Both the position numbers and the translations under genes were made by a program. Below the pieces are notes generated by a model that did not search any database, was not told the DNA's origin, and saw only the letters and a list, made by a program, of their open reading frames with translations. Shown piece after piece: positions 11,800-23,738 of a stretch of 64,000 nucleotides of DNA. The stretch covers positions 64,001-128,000 of the forward strand of contig CAWCPV010000014.1 of NCBI GenBank assembly GCA_963797555.1, read 5' to 3'. Position 1 is the stretch's first letter. Each line of letters starts with the position of its first letter. The stretch comes from an uncultured Gammaproteobacteria bacterium. GTDB lineage: Bacteria > Pseudomonadota > Gammaproteobacteria > CAWCPV01.

Positions 11800-12130
11800 G
11801 CACCGGCTCTGTCCACTCAACCGTCGATCCGGCCGTGCCCTGTGTCCGGCCGAGGTCACCGGGCCATGCCGTTCCATGCAGGGGCGTTGTGGCGCCTGTG
11901 CGAGGCCGGCCTGCTGCACCAGCTCGGGCGCATCTCCACGCGTCTCCGGGGGCTTCATCAGCTCGGCGGTGCTGGGCCTGAACTGGCCGCACCTCAACTT
12001 CGACCGCGCAAACGTCGGCGACGACTTCGTTCCCCGGTGGTCGATCCCGTCCGGAGGACTACCGACAAGACCCTGGACGCCCCCGCCGTCATCGGCGCTG
12101 CACTGCTTCCGGGACCATCAGCCACAAGGT
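11800..12130 (+). pseudogene. Patatin-like phospholipase fragment
   Basis: SGRGHRAMPFHAGALWRLCEAGLL..RIS / VSGG.ISSAVLGLNW..VVDPVRR..KTLD, split over frames. Confidence 0.6.
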
Positions 12131-12277
12131 AGCCGAGGGTTACTGCAAGCACCCCCGTGGGCGTCTCCCGGTACAGCTCGTAGATCATAGTGGCGCGGTC
12201 GCTGAGGCGGGCGCAGGCATAACCGACGTACATCTAGCCTAAGCTGCAATTCGGAAATAGACCAAGGGGAGGCGAAG

Positions 12278-13750
12278 ATGAACAGACAAGTGGATGTGGC
12301 GGTTATCGGCGCGGGCCATGCAGGCCTAAACGCCATCAAGGAGATCCGAAAAGTTACCGACAATTATGTCCTGATCAACGGCGGTCAGCTCGGGACCACC
12401 TGTGCGCGAATTGGCTGCATGCCTTCCAAGACGGTACTGCATCTGGCCGAGACCTACAACAATAGGAACCACTATCAAAAGCTCGGAATTAAGGGTGCAG
12501 AGCACGTCCGCGTAGACATACCGAATGCCATGGAACGCATCCGGGATCTGCCTGATATGTTCGTCGATCTGATTCTCGCCAACACCACAGACGACATGGG
12601 CGACACGCTCATCGATGGCTATGCGGAGTTTATCGATACCCAGACGCTGCGGGTGGGTGACCAGATCGTACACGCCAATGCGACCGTGATCGCAACCGGG
12701 GCACGCTCGTTCGTGCCGCCCGAGTGGCGCGAGCTTGAGCACGGCGTCCTGACTGTCGAGACCCTGTTTGAGCAAGAGACTCTCCCCGAATCCATCGCCA
12801 TGCTTGGGCTCGGTCCGATGGGGATTGAGTTCGCCCAGGCGTTGCATAGACTGGGCGTCAGCGTCGTTGGAATCGAGCGAAGCGATGCCGTCGCGCGTAT
12901 TGCCGATCCCGTGGTCAACCGGGTCGCCGTTGAAATCATCGCGAGGGATTTTCCCCTTTGGCTCGGCGCAGATCTCTCCATTGAGCGGCGAGGCGACAGT
13001 TTCCGGGTCGAGGCGGGCGACCGCCAAGCCGAGGTCGAGAAGCTGTTCGTCGCCGCGGGGCGTCGCCCCAACGTTGACGGACTTGGCCTGGAGCGCCTGG
13101 CGGTGCCAACCGACCGTCAGGGCGTACCGCTGCACAACCCATTTACCATGCAGCTCGACCGCTTGCCCATCTACATCGCCGGTGATGCCGCGGGTGGGCT
13201 CGCCACGCTGCAAAAGGCGACCGATCAGGGGCGCATCGCCGGCTACAATGCCGTGCGCCGTTCTGCGACAGGTTTCAAGCCTAAGACACAGATGTCCATC
13301 GTCTTCTGCGATCCCAACGTCGCCTCGGTGGGGGCGCTTTGGCCCGAGCTTGACCAAGAGGTCAGCGCCGTCGGGGAGGTTCGACTTGGACCGGTGGGGC
13401 GTGCCATGATCATGGGGCAGAATCGCGGCATTCTGCGCATTTACGCGGATAAACCATCTGGGAACATCCTCGGGGCCGCGATGGTCGGTCCGCACTGCGA
13501 GCACCTGGCCCACTTGGTGGCTTGGGCTGTGGAAAAAGGCATGACCGTCACCGAAGCCCTGCGCATGCCGTATTACCACCCGGTATTGGAGGAAGCGCTA
13601 CAGGACGCGTTGTATGACCTGGATCGTCAGGTAAACGGGCGTGCCTCCGCTATGGTACAGCTCGAACGCCTGGATGTTGAGGTTGCCACCCGGCCTCTAA
13701 GCCTAACCTCGGCCGAGACGGAACCAAAGGGTTCCATGACCTATGCCTGA
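12278..13750 (+). CDS. Dihydrolipoamide dehydrogenase-family flavoprotein disulfide reductase
   Basis: VIGAGHAG, GTTCARIGCMPSK redox disulfide, ATGA, GRRPN, HPVLEE. Confidence 0.9.
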   Translation: MNRQVDVAVIGAGHAGLNAIKEIRKVTDNYVLINGGQLGTTCARIGCMPSKTVLHLAETYNNRNHYQKLGIKGAEHVRVDIPNAMERIRDLPDMFVDLILANTTDDMGDTLIDGYAEFIDTQTLRVGDQIVHANATVIATGARSFVPPEWRELEHGVLTVETLFEQETLPESIAMLGLGPMGIEFAQALHRLGVSVVGIERSDAVARIADPVVNRVAVEIIARDFPLWLGADLSIERRGDSFRVEAGDRQAEVEKLFVAAGRRPNVDGLGLERLAVPTDRQGVPLHNPFTMQLDRLPIYIAGDAAGGLATLQKATDQGRIAGYNAVRRSATGFKPKTQMSIVFCDPNVASVGALWPELDQEVSAVGEVRLGPVGRAMIMGQNRGILRIYADKPSGNILGAAMVGPHCEHLAHLVAWAVEKGMTVTEALRMPYYHPVLEEALQDALYDLDRQVNGRASAMVQLERLDVEVATRPLSLTSAETEPKGSMTYA

Positions 13751-13889
13751 TGGTGGAGTGGTTGGGAACGCTCCTCAAGTCGTAGGCCGGCCGAGCCTTC
13801 GCCTCCCACCGGCGCTCTGACGGTCTCTGGTATGATCACTGCTGACGCTGTCACCGTGGCAGCGAGCATGCCTCGCGGAGGGAGACACT

Positions 13890-14123
13890 ATGGAGACCCA
13901 ACTGGTGGACGTTACCGTCCACATCGACGAGACGGTCGGCAAAGACCGGCATAGCGAATTGGAGGATGCTCTGCGTGCCATCGACGGCGTGGTGTCCGCC
14001 GGGTTCGCAGAGGGCAAGCCGCACCTCCTGATCGTCCAGTACAATCCCCAGCGAACCAGTTCGGGGCAAATATTGGAGCGGGTTAAATCGCACGGTGTGC
14101 ATGCCGAACTGGTAGCGATGTAG
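13890..14123 (+). CDS. HMA-like ferredoxin-fold small protein without CxxC
   Basis: LEDALRAIDGVVSA..HLLIVQYNP..ILERVK; SD GGAG. Confidence 0.75.
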   Translation: METQLVDVTVHIDETVGKDRHSELEDALRAIDGVVSAGFAEGKPHLLIVQYNPQRTSSGQILERVKSHGVHAELVAM

Positions 14124-14307
14124 GGGATCTTGTTCGCTGTCCGGCCTGAGCGGTGGGCGGTGCGCACCGCTTTGACCGGCCTTACTGCGAGTCGGCGTAC
14201 AAGTCCGCAGCCGCCCACCGCATGAGGGGTGCCCTCAGGACGGCAGTGGTCTGTGGCGGCGCGTGCAGGAGAGCTGGAAGCTTGTCCGGCGGCCTCCCAT
14301 CTGCACG

Positions 14308-15213
14308 TCACCTCCAAGCGAGGCTCCAGCCCTGCTCGGCAAGCGGCCTGAGCACCGGCTCCACCATCGCATCGACGAAACGGCGCCGCTGCGGGTTGGC
14401 GCGGGCCAGATCCGCCCATTGCGTCCCCGGCGTCAGGCCCGCGGCTTCATACAGGGCGGCACCCGGATAGAAGAGGGTGTCCGCGAAACGCCGCAGCAGG
14501 CTCCCGGTCAGCAGCCGCAGCAAAGGGGCTTGCCAGCGCGCGACGCCCGGCAGTAGCCGCTCCAGCGTATCTCGGGCGTGGGCGATGTGGCGCGCCTCTT
14601 CGACGATGTGGATGTGCACCATCTCGTGTACGGCCGGGCACAGCGCCGTACCGTGCTGGTGCAGGAAGCGGTTCATGCGATCGGGCAACGACTCCCCGAT
14701 GAACACGGCGAGCCAGAAGCCTGCGTGGCGGAACGGCAAGTGGCGCCCCGCCAAGTTTGCGAGCGCCAGGTGGGGGAAAGGCGAAGGCGGGGGCGCCAGC
14801 CCGCTGCGCTGAATGAGCTCCAGGAACATCAGGCTGTGACCCGCCTCTTCCCGGATCTCGTGCAGACAATACACGCGTGCGCTCGGCTCTGGACAGTCGC
14901 GTTGCGCCCAACGACCGAGGCGCTCCAGGAAGATCCCTTCCAGCCACAGCCCGGCCTGGAGCAAGTGCATGAACTCGAAGTGGGAGAGCGCGAGGCGACG
15001 CGCCTCCGGCAGCTCCTGGAACGCCCCGACGCCCCCGACGGACAGGGCCTGCTCGGGCATCCAGGGGTGCGCCGTGTCGACTCGCTCCCAAGGAATCCGC
15101 ACGAGCGGGTCGCGGTAGGGCGTGCTACGGCTGCTCAGTTGTTGCTGCAGGGTTGGCGGAGGTGAGACAGCGGACATGGGTGTTGATGGGGCGTCCGACC
15201 GGCGAGGTTTCAT
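14308..15213 (-). CDS. AurF-like diiron oxygenase (ferritin-like fold)
   Basis: Two ExxH motifs: EIREEAGHSLMF and HIVEEARHIAHA. Confidence 0.85.
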   Translation of the reverse strand: MKPRRSDAPSTPMSAVSPPPTLQQQLSSRSTPYRDPLVRIPWERVDTAHPWMPEQALSVGGVGAFQELPEARRLALSHFEFMHLLQAGLWLEGIFLERLGRWAQRDCPEPSARVYCLHEIREEAGHSLMFLELIQRSGLAPPPSPFPHLALANLAGRHLPFRHAGFWLAVFIGESLPDRMNRFLHQHGTALCPAVHEMVHIHIVEEARHIAHARDTLERLLPGVARWQAPLLRLLTGSLLRRFADTLFYPGAALYEAAGLTPGTQWADLARANPQRRRFVDAMVEPVLRPLAEQGWSLAWR

Positions 15214-15314
15214 GTTAGCGTGCCGCTCTATGCCCGGTAAACTACCGCCTCACCCTGTCGATTGCGCGACGGTGCCAACTGCATTAAGCTTAACTCCCTT
15301 GAGCGCGAAGACAC

Positions 15315-15404
15315 GGAGAGGTGTCCGAGCGGCTGAAGGAGCAGCACTGGAAATGCTGTGTACGGGTAACCGTACCGCGGGTTCAAATCCCGCCCTCTCC
15401 GCCA
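15315..15404 (+). tRNA. tRNA-Ser(GGA)
   Basis: GGAGAGG acceptor stem, anticodon loop CTGGAAA, long variable arm, GGTTCAAATCC, CCA end. Confidence 0.97.
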
Positions 15405-15416
15405 GACGGTTCCCAT

Positions 15417-15531
15417 GGTGGTGCGTGCCGGTCCCCCCGCAACGAGACGTTGTGAACCCCGTCAGGCCCGGAAGGGAGCAGCGGCAGCAATGTTCTGGTG
15501 TGCCGGGGTGTGGCTGGCATGTACCGCCGCC
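15417..15531 (+). ncRNA. ffs: Signal recognition particle RNA (4.5S)
   Basis: Conserved core TCAGGCCCGGAAGGGAGCAGC within a long hairpin; canonical position before dnaX. Confidence 0.93.
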
Positions 15532-15603
15532 CAATTTTGTCCCCGCGGGCGCCGCGTCGGGTAGAGACCCGAGGCGTCTGCAGGGCTCGTCAGCGTCGTC
15601 TCC

Positions 15604-17175
<1,572 letters not shown>

Positions 17176-17188
17176 AAAGGAGTGCATC

Positions 17189-17515
17189 ATGAAAGGTGGC
17201 CTAGGAAAGATCCTCAAGCAGGTCCAGGACATGCAAGTTAATATGCAGAAAATGCAGGAGGAGTTGGCTGCCCTGGAGATATCGGGAGAGTCAGGCGGCG
17301 GTATGGTCAAAGTCCTCATGACCGGCCGTCATGAGGTGCGGCGAGTGAGCATCGATCCGAGCTTGCTGGGGGATGACCGGGAGATGCTGGAAGATCTGGT
17401 GGCGGCGGCCATCAACGACGCCATCCACAAGGTGGAGGAGGCGGGCAGGGAGAGGCTTGCCGGCATGGCGGCCGGGCTGGGGCCGCTGGCCGGTCTGAAT
17501 CTGCCCTTCCCCTGA
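17189..17515 (+). CDS. ybaB: YbaB/EbfC nucleoid-associated protein
   Basis: [24 protein letters not shown]; sits between dnaX and recR. Confidence 0.96.
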   Translation: MKGGLGKILKQVQDMQVNMQKMQEELAALEISGESGGGMVKVLMTGRHEVRRVSIDPSLLGDDREMLEDLVAAAINDAIHKVEEAGRERLAGMAAGLGPLAGLNLPFP

Positions 17516-17517
17516 GC

Positions 17518-18114
17518 ATGGCCGCGAGTCAGCTCATCCGACAGCTCATGGATGCCTTGCGGTGTCTGCCGGGAGTGGGTCCGAAGTCCTCCCAGCGCAT
17601 GGCGTATCACCTGCTGGAACGAGACCGGGAGGGAGCGCGACGACTGGCTCAGGCCTTGGCTGAAGCGGCGGAGAAGGTAAGGCATTGCGCCTATTGTCGT
17701 GTCCTCACCGAGACGGAGATCTGTTCCATCTGCGCGGATCCCCGCCGCGACGGCTCCAGTCTTTGCGTAGTGGAGATGCCTGCGGACGTCGAGGCGATAC
17801 AGCAGGCTACGGGCTACCGCGGCCGGTACTTCGTCCTCATGGGTCACCTGTCTCCGCTGGACGGCGTGGGGCCGGCGGACCTCGGTGTGGACCGACTGCT
17901 AGAGCGTACCAAGCTCGGCGAGGTGCGAGAGGTCATCCTGGCGACCAATCCCACCGTGGAAGGTGGTGCGACGGCCCACTACATCGCCGATCAGCTCCAC
18001 CGACAGGGGATCCGGGTGACGCGGCTCGCCCACGGGATACCGCTGGGGGGAGAGCTGGAATCCGTGGACCGCGGCACCCTGGCCCATGCGTTCGGGGATC
18101 GGCGGGATTTCTAG
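17518..18114 (+). CDS. recR: Recombination mediator RecR
   Basis: [12 protein letters not shown]4 zinc finger, [12 protein letters not shown] Toprim. Confidence 0.97.
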   Translation: MAASQLIRQLMDALRCLPGVGPKSSQRMAYHLLERDREGARRLAQALAEAAEKVRHCAYCRVLTETEICSICADPRRDGSSLCVVEMPADVEAIQQATGYRGRYFVLMGHLSPLDGVGPADLGVDRLLERTKLGEVREVILATNPTVEGGATAHYIADQLHRQGIRVTRLAHGIPLGGELESVDRGTLAHAFGDRRDF

Positions 18115-18195
18115 CCTGCCAAGCGACACGCCGCAAGGGCCCGTGGCGGCGTCGGGCCCATCCCCAGACGCCGGACCGACCTTCGGCCCGCCCTC

Positions 18196-18531
18196 TCAGT
18201 CATCCACCACAGCGCCGACCTTTGCGGCGCAGATGAAATCGTTCTCCGACAGCCCGCCGATGGCGTGGGTGCTATAGCGAACACGACAGCGTTTGTAGCC
18301 CACTTCCAGCTCGGGATGGTGGTCCTCCCGATGGGCAATCCATGCCAGCGCGTTCACGAAGGCGATGGTCTGGTAGTAATTCTTGAACGCGAAGGTCCGA
18401 CTGATCTCCTTCGCCGTCTCGCTCAGCTCCCAGCCGGAAACTTGCTTTAGCATCGCGGCTGCCGCCTCGGGCGTCATGGGCGGGGTGCCGGCGTCGCACG
18501 GCTTGCAGCGCCGCTCCCGAAGCGCGCTCAC
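18196..18531 (-). CDS. phhB: Pterin-4-alpha-carbinolamine dehydratase
   Basis: EDHHPEL..YSTHAIGGLSENDFICAAK. Confidence 0.93.
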   Translation of the reverse strand: MSALRERRCKPCDAGTPPMTPEAAAAMLKQVSGWELSETAKEISRTFAFKNYYQTIAFVNALAWIAHREDHHPELEVGYKRCRVRYSTHAIGGLSENDFICAAKVGAVVDD

Positions 18532-18821
18532 TATTTGGACTCGGCGCCGAAGTGGTAGAAATCAGCGTTCAAGTATGCGACCACGTCGGCGATGTCTTGG
18601 TCGGACCATGCGAGGCCGCGCGCCATCTTGCAGCGGCCGACCTGTGCTTCCAAGCCCGGGAGGCTTGTGACCATGCGGTTGGAACGCGTATAGACGCTGC
18701 TGTTGTGGCAGGACGTGCACTGGCTCGCGTGCAGAATCTTGCCGTGCTCCACGTTGGCTGCCTGCGCCGCAGCGAAAGCGCTGCACAGGGTGAGGGCAAT
18801 CATCAGGGAATGTGTCTTCAT
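18531..18821 (-). CDS. Monoheme c-type cytochrome
   Basis: Signal peptide plus CTSCH. Confidence 0.88.
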   Translation of the reverse strand: MKTHSLMIALTLCSAFAAAQAANVEHGKILHASQCTSCHNSSVYTRSNRMVTSLPGLEAQVGRCKMARGLAWSDQDIADVVAYLNADFYHFGAESK

Positions 18822-20086
18822 GCGTAAACCTCTCCGGTGGACATGGGGTTCTTCTGCAGTAGATGGGCGATCCGCACGGGTGCCGGCGGATGCGTGTCGT
18901 AAAAGGCCGAATAAAGCGGGTCCGGCGTCAGGGTGCTGGCGTTCTCCTTGGATAGCTTCACCAGGGCGCTGATGAGCGCTTCGGGGTTTACCTGGCCGGC
19001 GGCGTAGTCGTCCGCCTGGTACTCATGTGCCCGCGACAGGCGCGCAACGATCGGCTGCAGGAAGAAGCCCAGCAGCGGCACGGACAACAGAAACAGGGCC
19101 AGGGCGCCATGGGCCGAGGGGTGCGTGAGTCCCAGCCCGTCGTAGAACCAGGGCTGCTGAGCGATCCAGCCGAGCAGGCCGAAGGCCCCGAGGCTGACAC
19201 CTCCCAACCATGCCAATCCCTTCTGGACGTGGCGCCGGCGAAAGTGGCCGAGCTCGTGGGCCAGGACCGCTTCGACTTCCGTCGGCGACAGCGTTTCCAG
19301 CAACGTGTCGAAGAACACGATGCGCTTTTCCCGGCCCAGCCCCGTGAAATACGCGTTGCCATGCCCGGAGCGCCGCGAGCCGTCCATCACGAAGATACCG
19401 CGGCTTGCGAAGCCGGCGCGCCGCAGCAGGGCCTCGATGCGCTCCCGCAGGGTCTGATCCGCGAGGGGTGTGAAACGGTTGAAGAGAGGTGCGATGACCC
19501 GCGGGAAGGCCCAAAGCATGAGCATGGCAAAGGCCATCCAGGTTCCCCAGGCATAGACCCACCAGTAGCGTCCGGCCGCCCCCATGAGCCAAAGCACTGC
19601 GCTGCTCAGGGGGAGCGCGAGCAGGCCGGTGAGGAGCAACTCCTTGGCGCTGTCCGCCCAGAACACGGCGGCTGTCGTGCGGTTGAAGCCGAAGCGCTGC
19701 TCGACTACGAAGGTCCGGTAGGCGGACAGAGGCAGCTCTAGGACCATGCTGAGTCCGAGGACGCTCAGAATGACCGCGCAGCCGGTCGCCAGCGAGCCCA
19801 CACCCAGGCTGCGCCACAGCCGGTCCAGCCACTCCAGGCCGCCGCCCAGGGTCCAGCCCAGGAGGAGCAGGCTGGTCAAGGCGATCTCCAGCAAGGCTGT
19901 CCTGGCCCGGGCGACCGCGTAGTCTGCGGCCCGCGCGTGGGCTTGCGCCGACACCATGCCCCGAAACGGTGACGGCACGTCCGTGCGACAGCGCTGGACA
20001 TGCGCGATCTGGCGGCGCGCGAGCCACCACTGAGCACCCGAGGCGAGGCCGAGGGCCGCGAGGAACACCAGGCTGAAGGGCTGCAT
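18818..20086 (-). CDS. M48 (Ste24-like) membrane metallopeptidase
   Basis: NAYFTG, AHELGH, HEYQAD, THPP. Confidence 0.95.
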   Translation of the reverse strand: MQPFSLVFLAALGLASGAQWWLARRQIAHVQRCRTDVPSPFRGMVSAQAHARAADYAVARARTALLEIALTSLLLLGWTLGGGLEWLDRLWRSLGVGSLATGCAVILSVLGLSMVLELPLSAYRTFVVEQRFGFNRTTAAVFWADSAKELLLTGLLALPLSSAVLWLMGAAGRYWWVYAWGTWMAFAMLMLWAFPRVIAPLFNRFTPLADQTLRERIEALLRRAGFASRGIFVMDGSRRSGHGNAYFTGLGREKRIVFFDTLLETLSPTEVEAVLAHELGHFRRRHVQKGLAWLGGVSLGAFGLLGWIAQQPWFYDGLGLTHPSAHGALALFLLSVPLLGFFLQPIVARLSRAHEYQADDYAAGQVNPEALISALVKLSKENASTLTPDPLYSAFYDTHPPAPVRIAHLLQKNPMSTGEVYA

Positions 20087-20176
20087 GGGCGGATCACGCC
20101 GGTCGGATGGCAAGGCTCCAGGTTAGCCTCTGCTAGAATGCAAGGCAAGCCCGCAAACCTTACGGAAACGCAAGCC

Positions 20177-20722
20177 ATGGCACAAGAACCCGGCAATCTG
20201 GTGTGGATAGACTTGGAGATGACCGGGTTGGACACCGGCCGGGACCACATCCTGGAGATCGCCACCGTGATCACGGACTCCCAGCTCAACGCGATTGCCG
20301 AAGGCCCGGTGCTCGCCGTCCACCAGAGCGACGCGGTGCTCGATGCCATGGACGACTGGAATCGGGCGCAGCATGGGGGATCGGGCCTCATCGACAAGGT
20401 GCGGGCAAGCAAGCTGAACGAGGCGGAGGCGGAGCGCCTCACCCTGGAGTTCGTGCAGCGCTATGTGCCTCCCAAGAAGTCCCCGATGTGCGGCAACAGC
20501 ATCTGCCAGGACCGCCGGTTCCTGCACCGCTGGATGCCGCTACTGGAGCAACATTTTCATTACCGCAACCTGGATGTCAGCACTCTCAACGAGTTGGCCC
20601 GGCGCTGGAAACCCGAGGTCGCCGACGCCGTCGTGAAGGCTTCGCGCCATCAGGCGCTGGATGACGTCTACGAGTCCATTCGCGAGCTGCGTCTTTACCG
20701 GGACCAGCTCCTGAAGATCTGA
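20177..20722 (+). CDS. orn: Oligoribonuclease
   Basis: [28 protein letters not shown]. Confidence 0.97.
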   Translation: MAQEPGNLVWIDLEMTGLDTGRDHILEIATVITDSQLNAIAEGPVLAVHQSDAVLDAMDDWNRAQHGGSGLIDKVRASKLNEAEAERLTLEFVQRYVPPKKSPMCGNSICQDRRFLHRWMPLLEQHFHYRNLDVSTLNELARRWKPEVADAVVKASRHQALDDVYESIRELRLYRDQLLKI

Positions 20723-20725
20723 CCG

Positions 20726-22546
20726 GTGGCCGGTCCCGCTGAGAGCGCCCCTTCCAGAGGCGGCTGGCGCGCCCTCACCACCCTGCTGCCCTATCTTTGG
20801 GTGTACCGTTGGCGTGTCGCCGTGGCCATGAGCTGCCTGCTTCTGGCCAAGGTGGCCACGGTGGCGCTGCCCTTGGTGCTAAAGGGCGTGGTGGACACCC
20901 TGGATGCCAGCCGCGCCCGCGAGCTGATCTTGCCCCTCGGGCTGCTGCTCGGGTACGGGGGCCTGCGTCTCGCCAGCGCTCTGTTCGGCGAGCTCCGCGA
21001 CATCATCTTCGCGCGCGTGACTCAGCACAGTATCCGGCGTGCGGCTCTGGGCGTGTTCCGCCACCTCCACACCCTCAGTCTGCGCTTCCATCTGGACCGC
21101 AAGACCGGGGGGATCTCGCGGGACATCGAGCGTGGCGCTCGCGGCATCAGCTTCTTGCTGACCTTCATGGTGTTCAACATCCTGCCGACCCTCGTGGAGA
21201 TCGGCCTCGTCGGCGCTGTGCTCCTCGCCCGTTTCGATGCGGTGTTCGCGCTGACCGTGCTGCTGACGGTCGGCGGTTATATCGCCTTCACGGTAGCACT
21301 GACGGAGTGGAGGCTGCGCTTCGTGCGCCTGAAGAACGACATGGATTCCAAGGCCAACACACGCGCCATCGACAGCCTGCTGAACTACGAGACGGTGAAA
21401 TACTTCGGCAGCGAAGCTTACGAGGCGCAGCGCTACGACGACACCCTGAGCCGGTGGGAGCAGGCGGCCATCCAGAATCAGACCTCCTTGTCGGCGCTCA
21501 ATGCCGGGCAGGGGACCATCGTGGCCTGCGGCGTCACGGGGCTGATGGTGATGGCGGCCCAGGGAGTGGTGCGGGGCGCCCTGACCCTTGGAGACCTGGT
21601 GATGGTCAACGCCTATCTGCTGCAATTGATGATGCCGCTGAACTTCCTCGGATTCGTCTACCGGGAGATCAAGAACGCCTTGGTGGACATGGAGCGCATG
21701 TTCGGGTTGCTGGACCAGTGCCCGGACGTGGTGGATCCCCCGGATGCCCCGGCCCTGCGCGTGAGCAAGGGCGAGGTGCGGTTCGAGGAGGTCGCGTTTG
21801 CCTATGACGCGGCGCGCCCCATTCTGCGAAAGGTGGATCTGGTCATTCCCCCCGGACGCAAGCTCGCTGTGGTCGGCCCGTCCGGTGCCGGCAAGTCGAC
21901 CCTCGTGCGGCTGCTGTTCAGGTTCTACGACGTGCGCGCCGGGCGCATCCTCATCGACGGGCAAGACATCCGTGACGTCACTCAGCGCAGCCTGCGGGAC
22001 GCCATCGGTATCGTTCCCCAGGACACGGTGCTGTTCAACGACACGCTTTACTACAACATCGCTTACGCTCGCCCGGACGTTGCCCGAGAGGAAGTGCTGC
22101 GGGCTGCCGAGCTCGCCCATCTCGGGCGTTTTATCGCCTCCCTGCCGCAGGGGTACGACACCGTGGTAGGGGAGCGCGGCCTGAAGCTCTCCGGCGGCGA
22201 GAAGCAACGCGTGGGAATCGCCCGCGCCATCCTCAAGAATCCCAGGATTTTGGTCTTCGACGAGGCGACCTCCTCGCTGGATTCCAAATCGGAGCAAGCG
22301 ATCCTGGATGCGTTGGGCGAGGTGGCACGCAACCACACCACGCTGGTGATCGCCCACCGGCTCTCCACGGTGGTGGACGCCGATCGCATCCTGGTCCTCG
22401 ACCACGGCAGCATCGTGGAAGCGGGAACCCATCCCGAGCTGCTCGCTCGTGGCGGGCTCTACGCCGGCCTGTGGGCGCTGCAGCAGGAGAGGCAGCGAGA
22501 GGAGGAGCCCCCGACCCTGCGCTCCGTGGGCCGCCAGGCATCGTAA
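20726..22546 (+). CDS. Atm1/ABCB-type ABC exporter (fused permease and ATPase)
   Basis: IDSLLNYETVKYF, GPSGAGKST, LSGGEKQR, FDEATS. Confidence 0.95.
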   Translation: MAGPAESAPSRGGWRALTTLLPYLWVYRWRVAVAMSCLLLAKVATVALPLVLKGVVDTLDASRARELILPLGLLLGYGGLRLASALFGELRDIIFARVTQHSIRRAALGVFRHLHTLSLRFHLDRKTGGISRDIERGARGISFLLTFMVFNILPTLVEIGLVGAVLLARFDAVFALTVLLTVGGYIAFTVALTEWRLRFVRLKNDMDSKANTRAIDSLLNYETVKYFGSEAYEAQRYDDTLSRWEQAAIQNQTSLSALNAGQGTIVACGVTGLMVMAAQGVVRGALTLGDLVMVNAYLLQLMMPLNFLGFVYREIKNALVDMERMFGLLDQCPDVVDPPDAPALRVSKGEVRFEEVAFAYDAARPILRKVDLVIPPGRKLAVVGPSGAGKSTLVRLLFRFYDVRAGRILIDGQDIRDVTQRSLRDAIGIVPQDTVLFNDTLYYNIAYARPDVAREEVLRAAELAHLGRFIASLPQGYDTVVGERGLKLSGGEKQRVGIARAILKNPRILVFDEATSSLDSKSEQAILDALGEVARNHTTLVIAHRLSTVVDADRILVLDHGSIVEAGTHPELLARGGLYAGLWALQQERQREEEPPTLRSVGRQAS

Positions 22547-22799
22547 GCTTGCGAGCCCGTTCCGGGCACCCCGCGTACTTCTGTCCCGTTGCTTTCGGGA
22601 GTCGATGGGCACGCGCCGGTCAGTGCGTTCGGCGGCGTGGAGGCGGTGATCTCGCCCGTGCCTGGGGGTCGAGGCGGCATTACGGGGAAATGACGAATCG
22701 CCGCGGCGCTCGGCATGAGACCGGCGGGTGGCGCGGGATGGATGCGGGAGCAGCCATGGTATGCCGGACAGTAGGAAAAGGAGATGGGGGCGGGATTTA

Positions 22800-22929
22800 G
22801 CGGGGCGGGGGCCCGCTCAAAGGCGATCTGAAAGGCTTTTGGTCGATCACTGTCCGCGCCAACTGGCGCGTGATCTTCCGCTTTCAGGACGGCCATGCCG
22901 CCGATGTTGACTTGGTGGACTACCACTAG
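22800..22929 (+). pseudogene. higB: HigB toxin, C-terminal half only
   Basis: PLKGDLKGFWSITVRANWRVIFRFQDGHAADVDLVDYH*; no N-terminal half. Confidence 0.8.
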
Positions 22930-22944
22930 AAAGGAGATTTTGTG

Positions 22945-23232
22945 ATGTCGATGCTCAATCCCCCCCATCCGGGCCGTATCGTGCGGCAGGAGTGCCTTGA
23001 GGCGCTTACCCTCAGTGTTACCGAGGCCGCCAAGGTGCTGGGCGTGACTCGTCAGACCCTGAACAATCTTGTGAACGAGAAGGCCGCGATCTCCCCGGAA
23101 ATGGCCATTCGCCTGGAAAAGGCATTCGGAAGCACGGCCGATACCTGGCTTCGCATGCAGGCGGCCTACGACCTTGCGCAGGCCAGGAAAAAAGCCGACA
23201 ACATCCATGTGACGCGCTTTGTCCCGGTATGA
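22945..23232 (+). CDS. higA: HigA-family antitoxin
   Basis: [44 protein letters not shown]. Confidence 0.93.
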   Translation: MSMLNPPHPGRIVRQECLEALTLSVTEAAKVLGVTRQTLNNLVNEKAAISPEMAIRLEKAFGSTADTWLRMQAAYDLAQARKKADNIHVTRFVPV

Positions 23233-23248
23233 AAGGAGCCTGTCACTG

Positions 23249-23557
23249 ATGAGCGAAGCACTTACCAAAGTCGGCATGAGGCCAGCCCATCCGGGCAGCT
23301 TTATCCGCACCGAGATTCTGGACGAGCTGGATTTGCCGGTTTCCCGCGCTGCTGAAATTCTTGGCGTGCGCCGCGCGACCCTGTCCGACCTGGTCAACGA
23401 GAAAGCCGCCCTGTCGCCGGAGATGGCGCTCAGGGTCGAAAAGGCTTTCGGCGTCTCCATGGACACCCTGCTGCGCAGGCAGGCATGGTATGACAGCTAC
23501 GCCATGCGGCAGCGGCAGGACGAAATCAACGTGCGGAAGTACGAGCCGACGCGGTGA
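23249..23557 (+). CDS. higA: Second HigA-family antitoxin
   Basis: PAHPG..AAEILGVRRATLSDLVNEKAALSPEMALRVEKAFG. Confidence 0.9.
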   Translation: MSEALTKVGMRPAHPGSFIRTEILDELDLPVSRAAEILGVRRATLSDLVNEKAALSPEMALRVEKAFGVSMDTLLRRQAWYDSYAMRQRQDEINVRKYEPTR

Positions 23558-23738
23558 GGCCATGAAAAGGCCAGCGGGGCAGGGCAGTCCCCTGCCGTTG
23601 CAGCGGCAGGCTTCGGCCCTTTAAGGGGCGTAAGGCGAATACGGGGGTGAGTGCTCATTTCTTTCTTCCGTCACCTGGAAATATGGAATAAGTTTGTTCT
23701 GTGCAGGACCGATAACAAAGAACGAGGATCGCCGTTCC

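Noticed and set aside
15379-15404. 26-bp near-identity (24/26) with the 3' end of the first tRNA (54-79) as a possible attR
   Set aside because: It is part of a complete tRNA-Ser(GGA); this similarity is expected between Ser isoacceptors
20879-22612. Long antisense ORFs (577 aa here; also 24224-26314, 41567-42961, 44624-46522, 49201-50604, 52431-53987)
   Set aside because: Shadow ORFs of high-GC genes on the opposite strand; no motifs
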